Virus record (IMG/VR): IMGVR_UViG_3300032304_000826
Span: 1-64,000 of that record
Source: a virus
Reading direction: 5' to 3' (one strand)
DNA length: 64,000 bases
Part shown: positions 57,224 through 64,000 of the stretch, piece by piece
Layout of the letters: each line of letters begins with the position of its first letter
Position numbering within the stretch: position 1 is the first letter of the stretch
Made by a program: the position numbers and the translations under genes
Notes under the pieces: generated by a model
Seen by the model: only the letters and a program-made list of their open reading frames with translations
Told to the model about the DNA's origin: nothing
Database searches by the model: none

Positions 57224-57264
57224 AGGTGCCCGGCTTCGGAGAAAGAGTACGAAGCCGGGTACCT
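57224..57264. terminator. 15-bp hairpin with pyrimidine-rich loop on sense strand
   Basis: AGGTGCCCGGCTTCG-GAGAAAGAGTA-CGAAGCCGGGTACCT (one mismatch). Confidence 0.6.
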
Positions 57265-57280
57265 ATAAAGTATATCTTAT

Positions 57281-57685
57281 TTAGTCAGCAACAGCTGCAG
57301 GATTCATGCGTCCATAGCGTGATCCTGAGCGGAATACTTCCTCGATTTTGGTCTCTGCATAGTCGCTGAAAGTTCCTGTTGAGAACTCTCCAACATATGT
57401 AGGTGCCTCTACCCAAGCAGCAGATCCAACGTGAGCGCGAGCTCGCATGGTCTCTTCTGGGTATTTTTCCATAACGTTGACGTTATGGTTTGGGCGACCA
57501 GCTGGTGTGTCATAACCTTGGTTAAGACCTAGCTGGAAGTCATTTGGAACGTCTGTATCAGTAGCTACGCCTTCTTCAAAACGAAGTGGACCACGAAGTC
57601 CTGCTTGTGCTGCTGACATTTTACGCTCATAGACTGCTCCCGTGCGCTCTGGGAACGATGGAACTGGCGCAATGTTTTCTGCCAT
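57281..57685 (-). CDS. conserved head-module hypothetical protein
   Basis: RGPLRFEEG.ATDTDVP, RAHVGSAAW.EAP; capsid-like codon bias; SD AGGAG. Confidence 0.75.
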   Translation of the reverse strand: MAENIAPVPSFPERTGAVYERKMSAAQAGLRGPLRFEEGVATDTDVPNDFQLGLNQGYDTPAGRPNHNVNVMEKYPEETMRARAHVGSAAWVEAPTYVGEFSTGTFSDYAETKIEEVFRSGSRYGRMNPAAVAD

Positions 57686-57723
57686 TTATATTTTCTCCTA
57701 TAGGTTAAGGATCCTTAAGTAAG

Positions 57724-57759
57724 AGTTTGGTACTAATACTTATACTTTTCTGCCTAAAC
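57724..57759 (-). promoter_or_regulatory. candidate late promoter
   Basis: GTTTAGG-CAGAAA-17bp-CAAACT. Confidence 0.5.
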
Positions 57760-57769
57760 TCAAAAATCT

Positions 57770-59407
57770 TTACTTAAAGAAAGGGGATGCGCTTACCTCT
57801 ACGGTAGGCATAACCATCTCTTGAGTTAAAGAACAAGCTAGGGCCAATGCGTCCACAAAGTCGTCGTGAGCATGCGCCTCTTCAGGAGCCGCCACTAAGA
57901 AATTAGGACCCTTATATTGTACTTCCGCATCGGTCATTTGTTGGTAGAAACGCTTCCACATACGTAATCTTCTAGTTTTGGCGTGAGCTGGCCAAGATAT
58001 CATCTGGCGTTGAATTAGGGCTTGAAGGTGCTTCCAACGCTTTGACTGCTCTGTAGGGCTAGAAAGGGATGAGATTACCTGCGCCCTAGGTAGCAAAATC
58101 CTTAATCTTTGGGCTACGGCATCGCCTACTCCGTTAGAGTCCACAGCAACAGCCATGACGTCATAATTACCTAAAAAGTTAACTATTTGAAAATACTGTT
58201 CTTCCCAGTCATCCCCCTGGATTTCCATCCAGTTTAAGATGCGGTGGTCGTAGTATCCAAACTCATCTGGACGATCCCAGTCAACCCATACAACTGTAAC
58301 GACTGTTGAGTCCATTTTTCTAGCTGGGTCAATACCGACTACTACAGGAGATCTATGCCAGCTTTTGACAACTTCTTGGGAAGTATCGCCAAGGTCATCC
58401 ATAACAGATGAGGTAACGAACATTCCACGTTCTAGTAGCCATTTGCAGTTATAGGAGAGCTGGAACTCGTCAGAGTCCTCTCCAATACGCAACATCTCTT
58501 TTCTAATGAACTTCTCGTAATTAGGGTTAAATTTAGCTACATCTTTCCAGTCCCATTGAAAATGGTTCTGTCTAGAGGATCTGCCTGTCTGCCTACGCTT
58601 GTTTAGTTGAATAGACCTATAAAAGTTATTCTTATGTGTAGTTGGTGTTCCTGTCTTAACCATAGTCGCGTTGTAGTACGCGCCCATAGGAGCAATAGAC
58701 TTAGAGACGATAAAGTCATCTGCTTCTTGACATTCGTCAATAACCATCAAATGAAAAGACTTAGACTCAATCTTTGCACGTGGGTTAGCTGTCATCATCA
58801 TAAGAGATGATCCTGAGTTCTTTAATTTAATATTTCTTGTTACGCCGGGAGTTTTGACGGTCATGTCATCAATTTCAGCATCCCCTAGAACTTCTAGCGC
58901 ACGTTCGCTTGTTAAGCGGGATACCGTTCTAGAAAACAAAGTTTCTGCCTGAGCTTGAATAGGGGCGAACATTCCCACCCATATACCGTCTGCAAACTTA
59001 CTTAGTAGCTCTGGATACATTCTTGCTAGGCGAGGTAGCAGAACCATTAAGGTAGCGACAGTATCGGCTACGGTCTCTGATTTACCTGACTGACGTGAGG
59101 CTAAAGCTGTTACCTCTTCGCCATCGTTAACAATTACCGACTCAATAATGCGTCTAGCTAAAGGCTTTTGATATGGGTGCAGGTCATGGCCTACTAAGAT
59201 AACCATAAAATCCATGATCTTATTTACAAGTAGATTAACAAACTCTTTAGATAACTCATCAAGCTCGTCCTCTTTATGAAGCTTTTCAAACTCTTCTACG
59301 TCGTCGTAATCGTAATCTTCATTGGGCGCATGGTCGACTTGATCTAGATCTTCGAGTTCACTTTCTTCGTCATCCTCAAAGTCTTCAAAATCAAAATCTT
59401 CTTTCAT
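57770..59407 (-). CDS. terminase large subunit
   Basis: LHPYQ, SRQSGKS, VIDECQ, TGTP, GIDPA..D, HDDFVDALALA; acidic N-terminus. Confidence 0.93.
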   Translation of the reverse strand: MKEDFDFEDFEDDEESELEDLDQVDHAPNEDYDYDDVEEFEKLHKEDELDELSKEFVNLLVNKIMDFMVILVGHDLHPYQKPLARRIIESVIVNDGEEVTALASRQSGKSETVADTVATLMVLLPRLARMYPELLSKFADGIWVGMFAPIQAQAETLFSRTVSRLTSERALEVLGDAEIDDMTVKTPGVTRNIKLKNSGSSLMMMTANPRAKIESKSFHLMVIDECQEADDFIVSKSIAPMGAYYNATMVKTGTPTTHKNNFYRSIQLNKRRQTGRSSRQNHFQWDWKDVAKFNPNYEKFIRKEMLRIGEDSDEFQLSYNCKWLLERGMFVTSSVMDDLGDTSQEVVKSWHRSPVVVGIDPARKMDSTVVTVVWVDWDRPDEFGYYDHRILNWMEIQGDDWEEQYFQIVNFLGNYDVMAVAVDSNGVGDAVAQRLRILLPRAQVISSLSSPTEQSKRWKHLQALIQRQMISWPAHAKTRRLRMWKRFYQQMTDAEVQYKGPNFLVAAPEEAHAHDDFVDALALACSLTQEMVMPTVEVSASPFFK

Positions 59408-59631
59408 TGGGCCCTTTCACGTAAGGTATCGATTATCGCTTTAAGGGCTTCAATACCCACGTTTGCTTCTTCTAGATAGAAAGTGTCCCCACTTTTTTGC
59501 CAAGTGGCCAAGTTACGACTAACTGAATAAAGAGCGTTTTCTGACCAACCTACTAGTTCAGCACTAGGTAAGCTAGCAACTCTCTTTTCAAGCTTTGTTT
59601 TCTCTCTTTGTTCTTTCTTCTTTTTGAACAT
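59404..59631 (-). CDS. hypothetical protein
   Basis: Helical 75-aa ORF; ATGA overlap with terminase. Confidence 0.65.
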   Translation of the reverse strand: MFKKKKEQREKTKLEKRVASLPSAELVGWSENALYSVSRNLATWQKSGDTFYLEEANVGIEALKAIIDTLRERAQ

Positions 59632-59923
59632 TTAGTTCGTTCTCCAAATCCATAGACCTAATAAAATCCCAATCAACCTCATCCTTTTTCAAACCCCTAC
59701 CATTTATAGCGTAGGTTAGTGCTTGATTTTCTGAGTAACCGGTTTCTTTCCAGTGCCCTATAACTATAGCTTTACAGGTAAAGGGTACCCTAATTGCTAA
59801 CCCATGGCCTCTTCTGAATGGTGCGTCAATCTCCTGCGTATCTGCAGGTTCCCATAAACCTTTAGGCTTATATGGATAAGTAAGCTCGTGCCAGTAAAAA
59901 TTACCGAAGTCTCGTGTTCTCAT
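59588..59923 (-). CDS. hypothetical protein
   Basis: TQEI..PFR.G....R.PF; operon-coupled. Confidence 0.65.
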   Translation of the reverse strand: MRTRDFGNFYWHELTYPYKPKGLWEPADTQEIDAPFRRGHGLAIRVPFTCKAIVIGHWKETGYSENQALTYAINGRGLKKDEVDWDFIRSMDLENELNVQKEERTKRENKA

Positions 59924-60543
59924 GTGTTCTTCTTTATCTGAAGGGCTCTTGCGCCTCTGTAGGCCAGGTACCGTAGTTTAGGGGGTAGGTCTGAAGTATT
60001 GGCAGGTCCTCTAGGTTTAAAGTTTAAATGATCTGATATGTAAGCCCACTTACTACTTAAACGTTTAAAGTCTCTCCACTCGTCAATACTAACGTCATAA
60101 TAGTTATAAATTGTAGAGTCTCTAAATACTAGCGTTAGTACTGATCTTTCTGGGGAGTAAGACGCCGCAACAGTTCTTGGCCTATCTATCATACTGGTTT
60201 GTGTTGGGACCTCTGTAAAATCCTCATCATCAAAAGATGCAGGGCTATATGCAGGGTCTTCTTCTGGATAGATAGCAAGGGCATCGTCGCCAGCTTTATA
60301 GGGCCCAGTTTGGTCAATGTTGTACCCAGCGCCTCTAGCGTCAATGTCTTTGTCTATATCCGACCCAAAGGTATCTAAAACCTCTGCGAAGTCATATCGG
60401 CCCTTTTCGTAAGCCTTACGAACATTTGCTGGCAAACCGTCTAAATACTTTTGCTGGTCTACTTGATTTCTTACACTACCAATCGCAGATCTTGCTTTTC
60501 TGGCAGCTATTTGTGCGGGAGTTAGTTTTTTTCTTTCTGCCAC
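59920..60543 (-). CDS. KTSC-domain protein
   Basis: A.SY....VL.LVFRD..IY.Y.DV....W..FK...SK..YI. Confidence 0.7.
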   Translation of the reverse strand: MAERKKLTPAQIAARKARSAIGSVRNQVDQQKYLDGLPANVRKAYEKGRYDFAEVLDTFGSDIDKDIDARGAGYNIDQTGPYKAGDDALAIYPEEDPAYSPASFDDEDFTEVPTQTSMIDRPRTVAASYSPERSVLTLVFRDSTIYNYYDVSIDEWRDFKRLSSKWAYISDHLNFKPRGPANTSDLPPKLRYLAYRGARALQIKKNT

Positions 60544-60547
60544 TTAA

Positions 60548-60811
60548 TCACTCCTCGCAAATATGCGTCTCAGTTTGAGATTCAGTTAGTACTAGTTGAC
60601 AAGCGTTACAGCTAAACCATTTTGATTCTTTGAAGTTATTCTGGGCCGTTCCTTCAACAGGAAGATCTTCTTCCCCGCTATCTGACTGGCGATCATATTC
60701 GTATATGATCTTTGGTTCAGCTAATAGCTCAGGTGGGAAAGGGCCCCTAGGTTGAGTTACCTTACCTGGTACTGGGTGCCCTTGACGAGTTATGATCCGT
60801 TCAATTCTCAT
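60548..60811 (-). CDS. hypothetical protein with C-terminal C2HC Zn finger
   Basis: FSCNAC...THIC. Confidence 0.65.
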   Translation of the reverse strand: MRIERIITRQGHPVPGKVTQPRGPFPPELLAEPKIIYEYDRQSDSGEEDLPVEGTAQNNFKESKWFSCNACQLVLTESQTETHICEE

Positions 60812-60990
60812 TCAGCTGGCGATGCTTCAGGTTCTGCCTGTGCTTTTTTCTTTACCGGCTTAACTTCTTCTTCTTTTACTTCCTCTTTAATAGCTTCTTC
60901 AATTGAAGGCGCTGGAGGTGGTGTAACTACCGGTAGCTCGCTAACGGCATTAGTAATAGAGTTTTTATACTCTTCCCAAGATAATTTCAT
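60808..60990 (-). CDS. small acidic/Pro-rich protein
   Basis: SD AAGGAG; TAAACT -10 upstream; ATGA overlap downstream. Confidence 0.65.
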   Translation of the reverse strand: MKLSWEEYKNSITNAVSELPVVTPPPAPSIEEAIKEEVKEEEVKPVKKKAQAEPEASPAE

Positions 60991-61050
60991 ATGTAGCTCC
61001 TTTTCGACCCTAGTTTACACGTAGTCTATGTTTTTTATCACACTCAACGG

Positions 61051-61080
61051 TTGCGTGACCCCTGTATTTACTGCTACGGT
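61051..61080 (+). promoter_or_regulatory. sigmaA-type promoter with extended -10
   Basis: TTGCGT-18bp-TACGGT with TGn extension. Confidence 0.6.
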
Positions 61081-61086
61081 ATATCC

Positions 61087-61221
61087 ATGGCCCAGGAGAC
61101 TGGGCCATCACTAACTACGTAACAAAAGGGTTGCAGTACGAACTTAACAGACAGACGTTAAGTTGCCTCATGTGAGTGACACACATAGGGTCAGAACTGG
61201 CCTTCTAGCCTAGGAGATAGT
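61087..61221 (+). promoter_or_regulatory. structured 5' leader (multiple hairpins, possible 11-codon uORF)
   Basis: ATGGCCCAG-GAGA-CTGGGCCAT; AACTTAAC-AGACAGAC-GTTAAGTT; CCTCATGTG-AGTGACA-CACATAGG. Confidence 0.6.
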
Positions 61222-61749
61222 GTGCAAGGTAATGCAAAACAGAAAATTGGAATACTCGTACTATGTGCCGCACTTCCGTGGATCCCTCCAGCTATAGCAG
61301 CTGAATCAGACGGATCTACCGTAACTGTGGCCGTGCCAGTAAAAACTGGCTTAGACCTATACAGAGACGCCACCGAGCTCTCAGACCATAACCTTAAAGA
61401 CCTACTCAGCCAGGTAGGGTTCGAAGGACAAGCTCTCAGGATTGCCTGGGCGGTTGCCAAGAAGGAATCTAACGGTCGTCCAAAAGCCCATAACGGAGAT
61501 ACAAGCACTGGAGATAATTCCTATGGAATTTTCCAGATAAACATGCTTGGTAGCCTAGGGGAAGCTAGGCGGGAGAAATTCAACCTAGAAAGTGACAAGG
61601 ATCTATTTGATCCGGTTAAGAACGCCGAAATTGCTTACCACATGACAAATGGTGGCAAAGACTGGTCTTCTTGGAAGATATACCCAGGACAGAATAACGG
61701 AGAACGATACGCGGACTTTTTACAAAAGTTCCCTAAAAATCAACTCTAA
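61222..61749 (+). CDS. secreted lysozyme-like/lytic transglycosylase protein
   Basis: Signal peptide (..PAIA-AE); AWAVAKKESNG, DNSYGIFQINM, LFDPVKNA.IA, W..W; SD AGGAG. Confidence 0.85.
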   Translation: MQGNAKQKIGILVLCAALPWIPPAIAAESDGSTVTVAVPVKTGLDLYRDATELSDHNLKDLLSQVGFEGQALRIAWAVAKKESNGRPKAHNGDTSTGDNSYGIFQINMLGSLGEARREKFNLESDKDLFDPVKNAEIAYHMTNGGKDWSSWKIYPGQNNGERYADFLQKFPKNQL

Positions 61750-61751
61750 AT

Positions 61752-61784
61752 AAAGAACCCCCGGCTAATAACCGGGGGTTTTTT
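61752..61784. terminator. intrinsic terminator between convergent genes
   Basis: AACCCCCGG-CTAATAA-CCGGGGGTT-TTTT with A-rich 5' flank. Confidence 0.85.
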
Positions 61785-61785
61785 A

Positions 61786-61878
61786 TTAACGATTGGCCCA
61801 CCAATCTCCAATAATTACTGTTGCGAGTATTGAGGCAATAAATATTCCTTGGAAAGTGACGTGAGTTAGGTAATACAT
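61786..61878 (-). CDS. 30-aa single-TM peptide (not in ORF track)
   Basis: MYYLTHVTFQGIFIASILATVIIGDWWANR; TAATG overlap with endolysin stop. Confidence 0.55.
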   Translation of the reverse strand: MYYLTHVTFQGIFIASILATVIIGDWWANR

Positions 61879-62426
61879 TACTTACCGCAAGTTGGGCACT
61901 TAGCTGCTGCTGGAGCTGATCCAGCGGCTTTAAACTTTGGGCGACCAAAGCCTACGATTGAAATCATTTCACCGGCCTTGTTTTTCTTGAAAGCACGAAG
62001 TTTCTTAGATACTTGACCGCCATTGCGTTGTGAGCCCTTTTTATCTGGGCTAGTGTTTCCTTCAATGCACCAAACAGTCCCATCTTCATTATCTTTAACA
62101 ACAATGCCTACGTGACTAATGCGATCTACACCATCTGATGGAAAATCAAAATAAACGACATCCCCTGGTTCTGGATCTGCGATGTCTCCATCAATCCATG
62201 ACCCAGCTTTCTTAAATGCCTGTGCTCCACCTGGAGTGTAGACAGTGTTAGGAATCTTTACTCCAGCTTCGTTAGCACACCAGTTTACGAAAGATCCGCA
62301 CCATGGTTGAAAGTTAGCTTTTGTATAAGCTCCGTACTTTGTTTCGTTGTCCTTAGGACCTTCGATAGTACCTAGCTCTGCTGTAGCAACTTCAATAAGA
62401 CGAGCCGCTGTTCCTTGATCTGCCAT
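61878..62426 (-). CDS. CHAP-domain endolysin/amidase
   Basis: N.TKYG, QPWCGSFV.W, PGD.V.FDF, HVGIV, IEGNT, GFGRP; C-terminal CPTCGK. Confidence 0.9.
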   Translation of the reverse strand: MADQGTAARLIEVATAELGTIEGPKDNETKYGAYTKANFQPWCGSFVNWCANEAGVKIPNTVYTPGGAQAFKKAGSWIDGDIADPEPGDVVYFDFPSDGVDRISHVGIVVKDNEDGTVWCIEGNTSPDKKGSQRNGGQVSKKLRAFKKNKAGEMISIVGFGRPKFKAAGSAPAAAKCPTCGK

Positions 62427-62836
62427 TATTCTTTATCCCAATCTGTATCAACTGGCTGTGCTTCTGGCATTGCGCCATCTGGCTTTGCTGCCAAACGTGC
62501 TGCTGTAGCATCAATCTCTGCTTCAAGCTTCTTATCAGCCTGTGTGTTCTTAGCGTCCATCTCTTTGTTCTGTAGTTGAGCTGCCATAACGTCTTTAGCT
62601 CCAGAAGAACCAATAAGAATGCCCGCGAGGGTTCCTGTAATAAAAGTAGCGATGCTGCCTAGAACATTGAAGAACATCTTGTCATTTTCTGACTGTGCTC
62701 CAATTGGCTGTGTTACAAACAAAAGGCCATAAAGAATGCCGAGTGATGTGCATAGCAAGATTGTTCCTAGTGTGATACCTAGAATAAACTTTAATCTAGC
62801 ATCTAGATCTTGTGGTGTTAGCTTTTCTTTAGCCAT
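62426..62836 (-). CDS. two-TM membrane protein (holin-like candidate)
   Basis: Two hydrophobic helices plus charged tail; upstream of endolysin. Confidence 0.6.
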   Translation of the reverse strand: MAKEKLTPQDLDARLKFILGITLGTILLCTSLGILYGLLFVTQPIGAQSENDKMFFNVLGSIATFITGTLAGILIGSSGAKDVMAAQLQNKEMDAKNTQADKKLEAEIDATAARLAAKPDGAMPEAQPVDTDWDKE

Positions 62837-63035
62837 TTGGTGTTCCTTCTGGTTGAGGGGTCTTAACTAAGTCTACAGGACAACTTCCTGAAGCAGTGCA
62901 AATAGGGGGCTTACATTCTGCGGTTTCCCAGTTTTTTGGGTCTTGGCAAGGATATCTATAGAAACCTTGATAGCTGCAGCTAGTTAATGAGCTAGCCAAT
63001 AGCAAAGCAGCTAAAGCATAGCCAATTTTTTTCAT
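62829..63035 (-). CDS. small lipoprotein
   Basis: MKK plus hydrophobic stretch and lipobox LTSC; RYPCQDP.NW...C.PP.C...G.CP. Confidence 0.7.
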   Translation of the reverse strand: MKKIGYALAALLLASSLTSCSYQGFYRYPCQDPKNWETAECKPPICTASGSCPVDLVKTPQPEGTPNG

Positions 63036-63202
63036 TCTTCATCCTTTGGGTTACGTAGCCGGTAAGTAACCGCCCACGCAAATAGTGTTCCAACAATCGC
63101 ATATCCTACAATGGTTTTAGCTGACCCGTCTAGAACAACCCAGGCAATAAACATGCCTAGTAGTGTCCATAGCTGGTCGATCATATCTCTAAGTACTTTC
63201 AC
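63032..63202 (-). CDS. 56-aa two-TM membrane protein (not in ORF track)
   Basis: MKVLRDMIDQLWTLLGMFIAWVVLDGSAKTIVGYAIVGTLFAWAVTYRLRNPKDEE; GTGA/ATGA overlaps. Confidence 0.7.
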   Translation of the reverse strand: MKVLRDMIDQLWTLLGMFIAWVVLDGSAKTIVGYAIVGTLFAWAVTYRLRNPKDEE

Positions 63203-64000
63203 GGCTTACGTCTCCTAACGCCTTTAGATTCTCCAGAAGCGCCACCGCCACCAGAACTTCCGCCCCCACTACTTCCTCCTGTTGATCCTCCAGCAGCTCC
63301 AGCAGCCGCACCTACGGCATTCATAGCAGCTCCAGCAGCAACAACAGTTGCAACAACCATATCGGTTGCTTCTTTACGTTCTTCTTCGGACATATCAGCA
63401 CCGATACTTCCAAGTGCTTGTAGGGCTTCGCCCGGATCGCTAAATAATTCACCGATTAATTCCGCAGGGTTCTCTAGTAATACAAGGGCTGCAGCAACGT
63501 CTGCTGTAATTATAACTTCATTGCCGTTTTCATCCTGCCTAACCTCAACAGGGGTCTCTGGAGGTAGGTCCTGATAAACAATGCCCGCGTCTTGAATTTG
63601 CTCTTTAGTAAGAGTCTCACCTGGGGCTACGGACTCAATAAGCGCTTCTGCAACCAATTCTTTTTCAGCAGTAGTTAATTTACCGTCAGCAGCTAGCGCT
63701 TCAGATAGGGCGCCTACTTCTTCCGCAGTAACTTCTCCGTCTGCATTTAAAGCATCCATAACAGCCTCAGCATCGGCAGCCGAAAGCTTGCCGTCAGATA
63801 GGACATCTTCTACGGCAGATGTAACCTCTTCAGTTTCTGTGATAGGCTCTGGTTCTGGCTCTGGAGCAGGTTCCGGAGCAGTTTCTTCAATAGGAGGTTC
63901 TAATGGTTCTGTGGACGGATTTTCTGGCTCTGGCTCTGGTGTCACTGGTTCTGGTGCTGGTTCCTCGGGTGTGGAAGGTTCCTGAGGCTCCTCAGGCGCT
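63199..64000 (-). CDS. large Pro/Glu-rich protein with C-terminal hydrophobic anchor (5' end beyond window)
   Basis: Frame open to the window edge; PEPEP linker, DG.lta.E repeats, hydrophobic segment, Gly/Ser tail, RRRKP. Confidence 0.75.
   Translation of the reverse strand, partial: APEEPQEPSTPEEPAPEPVTPEPEPENPSTEPLEPPIEETAPEPAPEPEPEPITETEEVTSAVEDVLSDGKLSAADAEAVMDALNADGEVTAEEVGALSEALAADGKLTTAEKELVAEALIESVAPGETLTKEQIQDAGIVYQDLPPETPVEVRQDENGNEVIITADVAAALVLLENPAELIGELFSDPGEALQALGSIGADMSEEERKEATDMVVATVVAAGAAMNAVGAAAGAAGGSTGGSSGGGSSGGGGASGESKGVRRRKP

Noticed and set aside
2856-59407. Inteins/introns in PolA, DnaB or terminase; stop-codon reassignment
   Set aside because: Proteins are of normal length with contiguous motifs, and TAA, TAG and TGA all terminate genes at sensible positions.
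61081-61221. c-di-AMP (ydaO) or other known riboswitch/ribozyme call
   Set aside because: Could not find the hallmark conserved segments by eye; kept only as an unassigned structured leader.
1-64000. tRNA genes, integrase or att site
   Set aside because: No cloverleaf/T-loop signature or recombinase ORF recognised; intergenic spaces are short. A tRNAscan run would be needed to be certain.

Overview
The window is a 64-kb internal segment of a contractile-tailed (myovirus-type) dsDNA phage. Two whiB genes, leaderless starts and a mid-40s %GC (by eye) point to an actinobacterial host, plausibly a low-GC freshwater lineage (inference). Nearly all genes are on the minus strand. In transcription order (right to left) they are: a lysis/membrane cassette with a CHAP amidase; terminase, portal, scaffold and N4-gp56-like capsid; a ~20-kb fibre/adhesin region; five tiny Lys-rich ORFs; sheath, tube, chaperone, tape measure and baseplate; and a near-complete replication/recombination module (initiator, DnaC-like loader, DnaB, primase, SNF2 helicase, SSB-like protein, PolA, RecA, resolvase, Cas4-like nuclease). 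The fibre region holds a duplicated five-gene cassette, Gly-Pro-Thr collagens, a GT2-TPR glycosyltransferase and a Cys-rich adhesin. Only two genes are convincingly on the plus strand: a NodU/TobZ-family carbamoyltransferase and a secreted lysozyme-like protein with a structured leader. Best leads: (1) a candidate virion collagen glycosylation/carbamoylation system; (2) a +1 UUU_CGA frameshift in the tail chaperone; (3) chained basic micro-proteins with HypB-like MCxxCGCG metal motifs; (4) a symmetric bidirectional leaderless promoter; (5) a non-consensus late promoter class that may depend on WhiB; (6) hairpins displaying anti-SD loops; (7) a candidate origin inside the initiator gene. No tRNA, CRISPR array, integrase or intein was recognised. 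All calls come from motif recognition by eye; no searches were run.
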